Assembly: GCA_964016885.1 (NCBI GenBank) | Contig: OZ024742.1 | Location: forward strand, 303,180,001-303,244,000 | Length of the DNA: 64,000 nt | Direction of reading: 5' to 3' | From: Eledone cirrhosa | Taxonomy: Eukaryota | In this document: piece by piece, positions 28,120-42,598 of the stretch | How positions within the stretch are numbered: the first letter of the stretch is position 1 | How the letters are laid out: each line of letters starts with the position of its first letter | Position numbers and translations under genes: made by a program | Notes under the pieces: model-generated | Told to the model about the DNA's origin: nothing | Databases searched by the model: none | The model's input: only the letters and a program-made list of their open reading frames with translations

Positions 28120-31100
28120 GAGAGAGAATAACCAAGTTAGACTTAAAACATAATTTTATCCTTATATACGTTTCAATGTATAACGGTGGGCCATATCTTA
28201 ATATGCATTGGGTATATATATAACTATTACAGTAATTTGAAAATGTGAGATTTTCAAACGCAGAAAATAAGTGTAAAAACAATCGATTTGACTTATAGAG
28301 TTGCATATGATCATATATAATTTATGTTTATCTACCTACATGTTTATATACCTACATGTATCTAGTTGTCGGTGATGTAATCTATGATGATGTAGTCGCG
28401 ATCTAAATAACCGTCGGAGAACCTAAAACACCAGTATTTCAAGATTTTTCTCCATCTTCATCGACGTTTAGTCACCCGATACTAATATAAAATAAGCTAG
28501 AGCTTATTACAGATTGTGCAAATTTGACACCCTTAAGTAGATGATAATTTACATACAGTTGCAGGCTTGGCGGACTGTTACTAATTAGCAATAGCGAGAT
28601 ATATACACTATATATTTATTACATTTAGACACATCTTATATGCCTTCAAACGTTTTAACAAATAATTTAATGCATGGTAGTTTTTTTAATGACAAATGTA
28701 GTAATTTACATCCAGGTTTTTTCTCTTCAAAGTTTGAAGTATAATATGGTACTAGCCTTATGGCTCGAGTAACATTTTAGATAACCACTGTGAATTGACC
28801 TCATTTACAATACACACATATATAAATGAGCGTGTTTGTCTATGCGTACATATGTGTGTATATGTATGTATGTTTATGTGTACGTTTATCGGAATGGATT
28901 TTTATAGATCAATGATTTACCCATATGTATCGTAGAGATCAAAATCTTTTTACTTTTCCCTGGTTTGTAAAATACACAAGAGGGGAACAATAAAACACCA
29001 GAAAAGAACAATAAATACACAAAAATTACAAAAGAATAACAACAACGACAACAAGAACAAACTCAAACTTGAAAGTAAAGAAAATAGAAAAAAAAACTTT
29101 AATTAGGTTGTCGCTGTCAGATCACAAGACATGAACATCATGAGTTCAGCCAGAAGGCTTGTTCAACCTTTACGAAAGATGACTTCACCACGCTGGCTTG
29201 ATAAAAAAAGAAAAAATGAGGACTTTGGCGTATATCTTCAGGCATCTAATTAGCAACATAGAGCTAATGTTCACGGTCGCACCATTTGGATGTATAATAC
29301 AAGCCTGGAAATTTGCAATAGAGTAAACGTTTTCGTTTTTGATTTCAGTGATCGAAGTCAGAAATCCTGTAACCATCTGAAATCATTTTATTAGAATTTT
29401 GAATCATACGCAGCTTGATGTCACTGAAATATCGTAAACTTATTCTATGATGATAGTATTTCGAAAACAAGTGTATGTTTGGATAAATCTCTTTGGTGAA
29501 GAAGATAAAGTAAGCATTTATGGTAGCGTGCAACCCCAGTTTGTATGCTGGCGGTTGCCCTGCCAAATGTTGGGCTGTTTGTACTCTCACATCAGTACAT
29601 TGCAACAACTCAGTCCATGTATCAATAAATAAAGTTATGTAATGGAACATCACATGAAACATTGTAATGAAACATTGTAATATTAAAGAAGTCATTAAAA
29701 CCGGGTACAACTAAGTTCAAATATATCTGCAGATCAATTTTATGTAATAAAATTTTAAAACCAGGACAAGAAATTGTACTATATAGCAATGACTGATGAA
29801 ATAGGGGAAGAGCTGATTGTTACATTGTTAAGAAAGATACTTTAGTGTACCAACCCTAATGGCATGTTATGCCCTATTCCAATTTGTATACACACACACA
29901 CACACACACACTCTCTCTCTCTCTCACACACACACATATATATATATACACACATATACATGAATGTATAAATATTTATATGGGTGTATGGGTGTGTATA
30001 GGTTTATGGAAAGATGTGATCTGGGCTATTGATGTTTTCGTTCGATTAATTTCAAAAATTATGACAGCTTTACTTTAGATGAATTGCTACATCAATTAAA
30101 TCGATTCTATAGGAATTAAAAGAGTGATTAGATATAATCCTAGAGAGGTGATCCATGAAAACAGAAGGCTCTATCGGCTGAAAAGTCTTTAGTGTGTATC
30201 CAAACCATTGCATCAACCGAAGAATCCATTGGTCTGCATAAAAGTAATTTTATATACGACAGGTATGAACATACCAAATATTCAGCTTGAACAAGAACTA
30301 CTAAACATGACTGCCCACATGCAGATGGGACTCTCATAACAGTACTACGTTAGTTATAACATCATACGGTGATACTGTATAGAGAAGTTGTTAACATAAT
30401 AAGAAGCGTACCTCGTTAATTGAAGAGTGCTGCTTTTGAATATGTTTCATTTGTCTTCCACCGAGATAACTGACGCTATTTTGCATATTGCAGGGTAATC
30501 TATTCTTCTTTATTTTCCTTGTGATATATAAAGGGTATATTGTAAATACCATTCGAATGAAGGATGAAAATGGCATTTTGAAGAAGAAGAAGAAGAAGAA
30601 TGAATCGTGGCAAACCACATTCTCAAAATTCTTGATATGAGAGGTGAGTGCGACGGACAAATTATATACAAAGGACTTGTTTCCCTTTCTGAAAACTGGG
30701 AGAACTCTGGGATAGAACATGAGAGATATAGCCTGTATCCAGTGAATTCCTTGAGAAATTAGCTACAAGGTACACATATTCAGGACACTTGTGTGGAGCC
30801 TATCGGCAGTGAGCCTAGGCATTGACAAAGAAGGATCATATATACATATATACATACATACATGTACACACTTGCGTACATATATACATACACACACCAC
30901 ACACATATATATATATACATATATACATCCAGATACATACATACATACATACATACATACATACATACATGCATGCATACATACATACACGCATTATTAC
31001 ACAGAAACTTTAAAATGCCATGTCTATGCATATATGATACATTCGCGGCAATCAGGCTTCCGTGTTAATAATGTATAACCAATTTCTCATATTTTACCAT

Positions 31101-31522
31101 GAATGACATTACAGAATGTTTACAATACGAATCAAATGACTTTCAAAATATGGTAACGAAATAGTTGCATTAATCAACTGCTTCTTTACAAATCAATTTT
31201 TGAATGTGGTTATAGATTTTTAACTTCATGAATAATGAACTTGAAATACATTTAGCTAAATTTCCGTTTATTTCTTCACGAGTTCTTGATTTCATCAATT
31301 CCTATAGACTATTTCACAAGTACAGGATGTATTATTACGATGTTTTCATAAGCATTAAAAAAAGAAATAATATTTAAATATATCATGTTAAATAGATTTA
31401 AAAGCTTATAATACTTTACTTCCTTAATGACTAACACGTATGTTAATTCGTCTCTCACTTTCGAGGTATCTACGTACGTATATGCATAAGTACATATATA
31501 ATCACATCAGCATATATGTATG

Positions 31523-31727
<205 letters not shown>

Positions 31728-31747
31728 GACACACACACATAGACACA

Positions 31748-31870
<123 letters not shown>

Positions 31871-32156
31871 GGGGGGGGTCTGTGTGTCTGTGTATGTGTC
31901 TGTGTGTGTTTATAGTGCTGGTTTTTCAGTAATTTTGTTGATTACTTGAGGTTGCACAATATGAGCATTAATGAAATAGCAGAGTATACGGAGTATGTAG
32001 GTTTCACTTTAGACAGCTATATATGTGTGTATAGTTACGATGCCGAGAGGCCTATGTTTTGATTTGATTCAAGTTAATCACATCGACAAAAACCTATAAT
32101 CAATCGCCTGTGAAACGTATTGTAACGTTTGTTTAGGAATAAAAACATTTTAAAGC

Positions 32157-32290
32157 GAAGGTGCGTGGCTTAGATGTTAGAGAGTTCGATTCGCAATTGG
32201 TTGTGAGATCAATTCTCGGGCCGCGTAATGCGTTGTGTCCTTGAGCAAGAAACTTTATTTCACGTTGGTCTTTTTGCCCCAAGTTGTGAC
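32157..32290 (+). mobile_element. tRNA/CORE-type SINE 5' part
   Basis: GAAGGTGCGTGGCTTAG...TGTGTCCTTGAGCAAGAAACTTTATTTCACGTTG. Confidence 0.75.
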
Positions 32291-32299
32291 CGGTAGATA

Positions 32300-32585
32300 A
32301 TACCAGGAATGGAAAGACTAGATTGAAACCGACAACTTGCAGTGTACGGCTTTGGGACTCATTAATGGTCATTGCGTAACTGACTCTCCCTGGGAAATGC
32401 AATATTTTGAAATGAAAGTGGGCATCTGTTGGTATAGCGGTATTCTAGGTATACTGTCTCTCTTACTATATCCAGTCACAATCATACACGTCCCATTGCA
32501 CAATGATTGCTGATCCAGGTTTCTGATCATCATGACTGCGCCATTCTTAATTTCAATGTTGTTTGGCAGAGGAATCACTCAGAGA
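32300..32585 (-). mobile_element. Helitron Rep/Hel (PIF1-type helicase) pseudogene fragment
   Basis: LPNNIEIKNGAVMMIRNLDQQSLCNGTCMIV...IPRIPL, then after a frameshift FPGRVSYAMTINESQSRTLQVVG, matching the LRNL..LCNGTR, IPRI and FAMTINKSQGQTL motifs. Confidence 0.85.
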
Positions 32586-33296
32586 AACAATATTATATAT
32601 TAAATATAAGTGAGAACAACTCTATTTATAGGAGTTCAAGCCAGAAAGACATTTATATAATAACTATAGAGAATTCTAATATATATATATATATATATAT
32701 TAGTATCGGTATTCGATATAGTTAGTATATAAATGTTGTATATTGATGAGCTGGGCTTCTCTTGCGAATGGTGACGGGACTTGATGTGGCAAACATGTTT
32801 ACTATTTTCGGTATTGATCTAGTAATGTCATGTGTAAATTATCGATTATAGAATGGCTTCATACATTACCAGACATACAACCAACATTACTAATAAAGAA
32901 CCTAATGGAATATGTTGACATTCTACATAAAATCAAAATATCTCTGTCTCCGGAGCAAAATATGACTTGTTACTGTATAGTATTCTGAGTATGTGACGAA
33001 ACCTAGCAATATTCTCCGTTGTTTGTGACATCTATAATGTTTTGACAGATCAATTTGCAATCTTCTTCAAGTAAATGTCGCACCATTGGTCCAAACAACG
33101 GGCGAATTAAAAGAAAACTATCGTTGAGTGACTCATATATTAAAAGGTCACATTTATAATAAAACTGTCATCTTGTAATAACTTCACAAATTCAGTGAAA
33201 TGTAATAAACTTGTATAAATTGATTGTTGGTCGGATCACTCTCCGTCTCTCCCTTTCTCTCTCTCTTTTTATCTCTCTCTAAGATTATACACATAA

Positions 33297-33382
<86 letters not shown>

Positions 33383-33425
33383 ATGTATATATATATGTGT
33401 GTGTGTGTGTGAGTGTATGTGGATG

Positions 33426-33475
<50 letters not shown>

Positions 33476-36400
33476 TAAACACACAACGAATTCACATCGA
33501 CTTAGCTGTGATTTGAATGTTAAATTTAGTATAAACAATAACTGTGAGACAGAATCAGACACTTCAGTATCATTAAGTATGTACTCTTTGTCCTCTATTT
33601 CTACCATGTATTCGATAAAATGTGTTTGTAGTTATTGTATTAATGCTAATGTGACTCTTCATTGACTGAATAGACGTAGTAATCCATTAAGAAATGATGT
33701 GATTTACTTAAGGTGTTATTTAAGTTTTGACGCAAATAAAACATTCTTTTCTATCTCACAATTCTGAGCTCCCTTCGCACCAAGGTGCATTGTAATTTTC
33801 TTCATTCTGCATTCCTCTAATTGACGTGGATCCAGATTGCTTAAGTTCTTATGACAGATATTTTACATCTGATGTGCAGCCAAATTGATGTCCCTTCAGA
33901 AAGTCTTTGGTATTATTTTTATAGACGTCCTTATAAGACAGGCTGAGATGTTTTAGTCGATTTAGTAGAACATCAGACAAATTACAGTATCATGTTTACA
34001 TATTTCCGTCTTCTGAGTTCAAATATCACCATTATAAAATTTACCTTTCATTCTTCGAGGTTCAATAATATAAGTAACAGTGTACTTATATTATATATAG
34101 TTGTGTATCTCTATTATATAAACTTGTGTATTTTGAGAGATCTGTGGTAGTATTTTGGTGATATGGTGCTTATTAGTGTAATTGTAAAGAGATTACTTCT
34201 GCTAAACGTAAACAACGTCTACAGTAGATTGGCGAAGTCGGAAAAATATTTCGTAGTATTTCGGTAGAGCTTTTTATTTTGTGAGTTCAGATCTCTCCAA
34301 GGACAACTTAACCTTCCATCCTAATGGAGACGGTAAAACAAATTACCAGATAACTACGCTTTTACTCTTTTACCTGTTCCAGCCATCTGGCTGAGGCCAT
34401 GCTGGAGTTGATTTTAGTGGCTTCCATCTATATTTAATCTGCTGACCTTAAGCTTCGATGAAAAATCATTCTATTATTAATACTAATTCTAAACGACGGG
34501 AGAATTTCGTGTTGTGTCCTCACCCAGTAGAAACAGCAATCAAGGTTCTATCAAACCACACCAAGTTGTCTTAAAAATGGACACATTGGAAAACTAAGTA
34601 ATGTAATCATAGACGGGATGGTGATAGCTGGAATTCTTTTTCTCAAAAGACAACTGAATCCTTTCGGGTTTTGGTCTATAAAGCTATAGGAACATATAGT
34701 AGTAATTTACATAATTCATGTCCTTCTCAAAATATCCGATGCTTCTTACAAATATTACTATAACCTTCCTAGTTTAATTCCCTATACCAGCTAACAATTT
34801 CTGCTATATATTAAAATAACCACCTAGAAATCCTACTTCCTTATGTGCTTCATCGACTTGCTCTTTGACCGCATATAACAATTCAATACTCAGAATTGAA
34901 CATTATCGTCTTCATTAATTCTGATTCACATTCCTATATGTACTGTAATATCTATGATATTTATATATTCCTCCCATCCCACAGAGTACAATACTTATTT
35001 ATTGACTTGTGAAGAAAGTGAAAGGGTAACGGGAAGCGAAAGAAACATAAATAAGAAGCTATAAGTTGCTAAAGTTTCTGTTGTTGAATCCTTTCGTAAC
35101 TTTCGTGTACTGAAATATCTTGTTTGTATGTCAAAGGTTTATTTTAGATGTTAGAAATACAGGAATAGTATGTCCGTATATATTTTGGAAATGGAAAATA
35201 ATTTTGATAGCATTTCCTTACCTTCTAATTATATATTCTGTTGACTAATGAACTGACGTAAAGGGCTATTTCGGTGATATGCTTATGCTTGCTGTTCCAG
35301 GCCATCAAAACATCTAAAATGGTATAATCAATTTAACTCATTGTATGTAATAGACTAATAGTATATTACTAGTATTATCTTTATAGAATTCCATCGGGCC
35401 AATCTAGGGAGGTTATATATACTATCGTCGATGAAGTCATTAAAATATAAGCCAACAAGTATCACCTCAATTGATAACTATTTTAATTAGCATAGTATCT
35501 GACATGAAATATCAAAATGTTTATTGCCAGCTTTACAGCCTGTTGACTGAAACAATTCGAATGGCTCATATGTATTGGAAGTGTGTCTGCATTTTTATCT
35601 TTCCTTCATCAAACAACTGTTTCAAAATAAACATCCAAAATTCGCATTTCATAGACATTAAACTTTTCACATATAAAATGAATACAACATCATAATCGTT
35701 CTTTAGTAGAAAACAACAACAAACAACTCTCTGCGAGTATTTACTATAGAGTATGAGAAAATATAGTCGTATTTCTGATGAAGCTAGATCAGATAAAATA
35801 ATCAATATTTCTAGTGATAATCCTATTGGAATCCTGCTGACATCTCTTAATGATCCATCTATCAAACATGTTCTTTCTTCCGTTATAGAACTACTCCACC
35901 ATAACCCAAATCAGTTATGATACATTTTCTTGCCACTATAAATCTTAAAACTTATACCTATGTTAGAGATCTCTATAATTACGGAGCATCTACACTTTAA
36001 CTTGGTTTGTTAATAACAAGAGGCTATTCCTTAACAAACAATAACCAACTGCCTTGAAAATTAGTCGGGATGTCCATAGATGAAACATTTTGATTGCTTG
36101 TTTATTTGATCTGAAGTGACCTAGGGCTGAACAACAATAAAAACAACGCAATTATTTAAATTATTACTAGGAAGAGGTATGGTAGATGTGGGAAGTCAAG
36201 CATTTGCTAGTGAGCTCATCCATCACCATTAAATTCTTCGCGTGTTCAGTAAAGCCCATCGTACAAATTACTAGCAAAAAATGCTTTGACAACATAGTAT
36301 TATACAAACTTCTAAAAATGAAAGAATCAAGCAAAAAACACAAAGAACAACGTATAGAGTGTCTTCAGTTAGTATGACTCAATGTTTTAAATCAGCTCTA

Positions 36401-37249
36401 ATTATTTGGAGATAGGGAATCAGGCAAAACATCATTAACATGCGATGTTATTTGTTCGGTTCAAATCAGCTACGTTTTTTCTGTTTCGCGTTCCTTTTCC
36501 TAAGTTATTTATTGAAGCCATTTTTTTCCCATCTGACATTTCAGCCAATTTAATTGACTAATAATGTCAAACATATTCGTTTTCATACTAGTCGAATCTA
36601 TATTATTGACACACCAGGTAAAAAAGGGGCGGAGCAAAAATAATAAAAGGAACAGAAAGAGAGGCAATCAATACAATTGGTGATTGTTCGTCAGGTTAGT
36701 CTGTATTCTCTTTCTAGAGATACGCTTAATTGGATGAGCCCCCGAGAGATCCACCACGCAGTCGCTACATCTGCTAATAATAGTATCCGCATCATTCTTA
36801 CATTGCTCCCTACTGCCGTATATAAACAAAGAGCACATTTTCCAATGTAGTCTTAGAAATACGACTAAAAATACAGGCTGGAATTCCTCTCATAATCGGT
36901 TTGCTCTATCAGTATTGACCTGGCAATAAGCAAACAAAACGGCAACAATGTGAACATTATATAGCCCGATATTCCAATAATTTCATTAACAGCGATGAAT
37001 GGTCATAGCCGAAATACCTTTCATTATAGGTCTGCTTGTTTTGAGGAATGTGGGATAAAAACTACAAAAAACACTATTTTCTGTTTCTTTCAATACCACA
37101 TATTACTACTTTCCGCTCTTAACATTGATATTTTCTCAAAATATACACAAAGTCGGGAATTAGTTGATGGAATAATCAGCTATATTTTCCTCAATATATG
37201 ACTGGTACTTTATTTGTTGTCACTGGAAATATGAAAAATATAGTGACCA

Positions 37250-38720
37250 AAAGTGTCGAGTCTCTGATGAGCATGTTGAGACTATAGACCAACTGGTTTC
37301 AAGCTGCAATGTATTAGCTGCACAGGAATATAGATAGAATGGGGCAATACTTACAGTGGATAATGTGCAGATTTTATGGTCTGAAAACGGAGGGAAAATG
37401 GTACAACCATCACCCAGATGCAGTAACAGGATCCTCTGTGTGTATTATCAAATTTTGCCTCAGGTGTCAGGTTGACAGGTATGATTTTAGAATGAAGCAA
37501 AACTCAAGGAAATTTCAAATCATTAATTTTCAATTCTTCCAATTTGCTTAAACCTTTCCTTAAATTTGTAACAATGTTCTGAATCCTTATCTTAAACCAT
37601 GGCTGCCAGTTAGTCCCTTTTCATTTTTTAATTCCCAACAAGTCAGCTACAACATTTGACTCAGGGATTACTAGGAAGTTTGTATCATAAATAGTTTATG
37701 TTTGTATTGTGGTTATTACTTCGTTGACACACTTACATTTCTCTTTAGTGTTCTTTCCTTCAGCAGCCCTCAGTTTTATTACTTCAAGTTCACCTAAGTT
37801 TTCCAGTTTCACCTTCAACATGTTTATGATTGTTTGTTGTTATTCACTAATTTCGTTTCTAATTTCAATCTGCCACCTTTCTGCAGCAGTATTCTTTCAA
37901 CATTTACATGTTCTGCTATACTTGCTTCATCAACATTTTCAACATAACCACTCTCGTTTTGCTCTCCATTGTATTTTATGATGTCCTCCCCAATTCTCTG
38001 TAATTTCTCTATTGCTTTCAGCTTTCTCATTTATTCTTCCAATTTCCTCTATTTCTACATGTGAAAACCTTCCTCGCTTTCGAATGCATATTGCCTGGCT
38101 AGTTAGCTGTGCTTCGGTTGCCCGGAACACATCTAACTCGTTCCAAATAGTGACCATTCTTTACGTGTATCCCTTTACTCCCGACCTATATTGCAAGTAG
38201 TACTCCATTACAATCTGTCGAAAACAGACGTTGCACAATGGAATGATATGATAACGTTCGAGTTACTCTAGGTTATTAGTTGTAGCCCGATATTCTCAAA
38301 CTCTCACCCATCAGTGGTTGCGGAGTTCTGGACTAAAGGAAGAGAGTGATAGCTTCGTTTTGGCTGCACAAGACCAGTGTCTTTTAGTGCACAACTTTCA
38401 AACCAATGTGATCAGAAATAGGATTGACCGAATATCTAGATTCTGTGATGAGCATATTAAACCCATTGGCCACCTAATTTCAGGCTGCAAAGTATTAGCT
38501 ATGCATTGAAATCATTGAAAGTAAAAACATTGAAAGACTGAGAAACTGAGCACGAGGGAGTGTATGGAATTATATGATCAATTTGAAAGCGAAACGAAGG
38601 AAGTTATAAGTAGGATCAGCAAGTAATTGGTTAACAATATATGATCTTAAGAGAAAGAGCGAAAGTTTATTAATAGTTGCTCAAGTTGAAGCACTAAACA
38701 CAAACTCGATAAAGAAATTC
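37250..38720. mobile_element. Cluster of R4/Dong-like (RLE-type) LINE fragments on both strands
   Basis: Plus strand: ETIDQLVSSCNVLA...YLQWIMCRFYGL..KWYNHHPDAV (37250-37430) and WLRSSGLKEESDSFVLAAQDQCL...CDEHIKPIGHLISGCKVLA (38290-38510). Minus strand: N-terminal RMVTIWNEL...TEAQLTSQAICIRKRG..EIEEI (about 37560-38220). Confidence 0.7.
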
Positions 38721-39264
38721 TGCTGCCCATTCACTAATAATAATATAGAAGATGTTATCAACATGCCTCACCTGAATCAATAGCATTAACAGTGAAACCT
38801 CTTTCGAATTGTTTCCCACTGCCTTTTATTATGTAAAGACACATTGCGTAGTGCAGTTAGAACAATCAGAAATATAAGAGGGTCCCATCTGGAATACTAC
38901 TAATCAAAGGTTATCTCGATCAGAGTTCATCATCTGCAACTGTATAAAATTCAAGGGGAAACGTATTTGTTAGATTTAGAGCAAATTTTAGAAAGGTACA
39001 TCCGACTAATCAATGAAACGATACTGCTATCCCCAGAAATCTGTGTTAATCAGTGCCTGCTTCCCCATCACAGAGGCTGATATTGTTGCAATTAAAACCC
39101 TGCGCATCCTCATCACATCAACCAAATTTGATTGATGCCTGTCTCATCATCACTAACTTCATCATCATCAGAGCTATTACTACTATATTCAATGTCAGTA
39201 ACGTTCCCTTCATCATTACTGCATTAAATTCTTTATCCTCTTACATCAATTAACTGTGCTGCTG

Positions 39265-39266
39265 TC

Positions 39267-39301
<35 letters not shown>

Positions 39302-39845
39302 GCCAACACCACTACCATCATAACGCAATCACGACCAGGAACAACGCAATCACCCCCAGTCACACCAATTATCATCATCACCATCATCACCACCACCATC
39401 ACCACCATCATCGTCATCATCATCATCATCATCGCCCACACCACTACCATCATAAATACCACCATCCTCATCACCATCATCGTCATCATCGCCACCATTA
39501 TCGTCATCATCATCATAACCAACTTCATCACAACCCCACCACCTCCACCGCCACCCCCACCACAACCACCCCACCATAACCATCACCACGACCACCACTA
39601 CCACCACAACCACCACCACAATAACCACCACCACAACCACTACCACAATAACCACCACCACCACCACTACCACAACCACCACCACAACCACAACCACCAC
39701 CACCACAACCACCAACATAACCACCACCACCGTCACCACAACTCCCACCATCATCGTCATCATTATCATTATCACCATCGCTGTTGCCACCACGCCCCTC
39801 ATATCTTATTAACCTTACCGTACACCACCTCCTCCACCCCCTACT
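39265..39845. repeat. (CAT)n/(CAC)n trinucleotide low-complexity tract
   Basis: Direct inspection. Confidence 0.9.
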
Positions 39846-40789
39846 TCTCCATATCTTCATCAGTATCAACTTCGTTGTTCGCAGCATCAAAGGCATCAAG
39901 CTCAGTGACAAACATGCTAATCGAAGTTAAAACAAGGTTCTGAGCCCAAGAGAGAGGCCCCTTCCTGATCAACTGGCCTGTTAGAAATAGCAGCCATCGT
40001 TCCTTCATATATATACCATAACTGGTAAAAGAGAAAGGAAAGAGATGAATTGATAATGTAGACTCTGATATTTCAAATATTTTACTCTCTACTACTAATA
40101 CTACTACTAATACTACTACAATTACTACTACTACTAAATTTTCCTTTAATATCCATCCTCACCTACATTAAACACGGTTCCCAATTGTTACAACCTCTGT
40201 TACACAAACAACACTATACTGTGCAACCCTTTCGATGATACCATTTATCGTATCGAAACGACGCCATCTTGGTCTCTATACAAGGACCTCTATATACCTA
40301 TGAGCAAACATAAAAGTATCATATTTTCACGAATTATATTGATACGTTATGCCTTATTATTTCTAAATTGGCCTTACTCGAAGACGTTCAATAATAAACA
40401 TTTTTAACACCATTCATTTCTTTATTTAAAACAGGAATTGTATTGTTTTTGTGGCACGGGACTTACCGAGTTTCCATTCTTCTACGCCCCGTAGAAGTTG
40501 TATATCACCCGCCAGAAATTCAATGAAAGATATGGAGAAATTAACTAATTTCTTAACCCTGTATCTGATAAGTGCCTCTTCTCTAAAACCTACGATTATG
40601 CACTTTGACATCTCATATATTTGACAACCAAGTTTCTTTTTATATTGCCCTCAGCTTCTGAAACATATATCGATTCAGTTCAGTCCGTCTCATATCCTGT
40701 CAACTCGGAGTCCTTCAAATGTTATATCTCTTTCACATCATTTGTATTGTCTTCAACTTTCTACGTTTTTGTTGAATCTTTTACAACTA

Positions 40790-40980
40790 TTAATTGTTTC
40801 TACTTTTGGCACAAGGCCAGCAATTATCCCAGTGTATTACAGGTACTTTATTGTATCGACCCCGTAAGGATGAAAGGCAAAGTTAACCTCGGCGGGATTT
40901 GAACTCATATCATAAAGGGAGGTAACTCTATGCTTCAAAGCATGGCGTCCGACCCTCTACCGATACTGCCAATCCACCCA
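40790..40980 (-). mobile_element. SINE family 1 copy
   Basis: Same signature sequence. Confidence 0.85.
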
Positions 40981-42153
40981 CCATCTTACATCTAATAATA
41001 TGGACTTGTAAGTAGTTGATACTTCCCTTCAAATATTTTCTTATCAGGCGGCAATCACCCAAGATCACACCGGACAGCACTCAACTCATTCTATGAACAG
41101 AAAGCTGAAAAACATCATATAATTAGCTACAATGACCTAGTCTCCTTTCATAATATACACACGCATATATTACACAGAAGAAATGTAATACCATAGAACA
41201 AATGAACTCTCTTTACATTATATGTACTTCAATGATGATAACGTCTGGATAGCCCACATATATAATATTAAAAAGTGACCATCCTAACGAAATGATAATA
41301 TACAAGCCTGAAAAATACTTCTGATCTTACTAGTTGCTGTCTCTGTACAAATCTCAGGTAAAACATATTTGTGAATTGTTCATATATATGAAGTGAATCT
41401 ACTTCAATTCACACAGCATGTGAAACTCCATCGACAATTTGGTTAATCATCAAGCATTAACACGATGATAGAATATATCTTTTGATTCACCGAGGTGTGG
41501 TTTAATATTTGTTTGTTCCGGTACTAGACCACAACCTTAAATTATCCGATACACGCAACCCTTTCGAAGTCTGAATTTCCACGTTTCCTTAAAGATACTA
41601 CAATTTTTTACCGACTTGAAAGCTGATAGTAATCTCTGCCAAATTCGTTACTTTTAATTCATCTAATTAAGAAAGATCAACCAGTCCATTTTTTGTCGTT
41701 AATTTGTTAGTTTGATTTTAAAACAATCTATCTTTAATCGTCAGTTGAGAAGTCGTTGTAAATCTATAGTATTCTAGAAGGAGGCCATGCTGTTGGGTCT
41801 TTTAAACTAATTATTATTTTTCTCAGATGTCTATTAACTTTCCCGTTATTTCGTTTCTCGTTTTTCGAGAACTTTAATTTAATAATTCCTTTTGTGTTGA
41901 CGATTTGTCGATAAAAAGGAAAGAAAATAAAACAATGTTTACCCTGGATTTCAATAAAATTAAAAGCTTCCCGGATCGTTTTAGATTTTCTTTTCGATAG
42001 CGTTTCCATTGTTCGTCTGCTATGCTTGAAATATTGATTAAAATAACTAAAGAAAAAAAGTAGTTGTCGATCTTAGTTCGAGAAAAAGAACTGTGAAAAA
42101 GTAACAATATATTATCGCTTTCTATCTTTGTACAACAATATTAACTTTTTTAG

Positions 42154-42598
42154 CATGACAATGAAGCATCGCTATTTACAATGGCACCATATACAGAAAT
42201 ACAAGCGGCATCACTCCCACAACCAACGACACACAAGATTATTGGAGAAATGAAATACTATCATGTCTCCATGGTAAAAATATACGTCATTGAGGTAGTA
42301 ACGTCTGACGTAATGTCACAGGATTAAATATTTAAAGAAGTAAAGAATGATGTAGTAAACGAGGGTCAAATCTTTCAGGAAGAAAAGAATAATGTAATAA
42401 GCGATGATCAGACGTGGCTGTAAAGGAGTAACGTATGAGGTACTTAGTAAGGATCAACTCTTTACGGTAGTAACACATGAGATAGTCAGTGAGGATCAAC
42501 TCTTTAATGTAGTAACGTCTGATGTAGTCAGTGACGATATCACTTTCAAAACAATAAGTGTTAATGTAGGCAGCGAGGATCATACACGTGGAATATAA
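42154..42598 (+). pseudogene. Decayed coding-like 42-bp (14-codon) tandem repeat, possible pseudo-exon
   Basis: About 7 units reading VVTxxVVSEDQLFx, with one CAA-to-TAA stop (42335) and one frameshift (about 42415); preceded by TTTTTTAG. Confidence 0.45.

Noticed and set aside
39250-39911. His-rich, Met/Val-rich and Gly-rich ORFs
   Set aside because: Degenerate CAT/CAC trinucleotide repeat open in several frames; no splice or codon evidence.
42290-42590. CRISPR-like periodicity
   Set aside because: Contiguous 42-bp diverged units without unique spacers; eukaryotic context and no cas genes.
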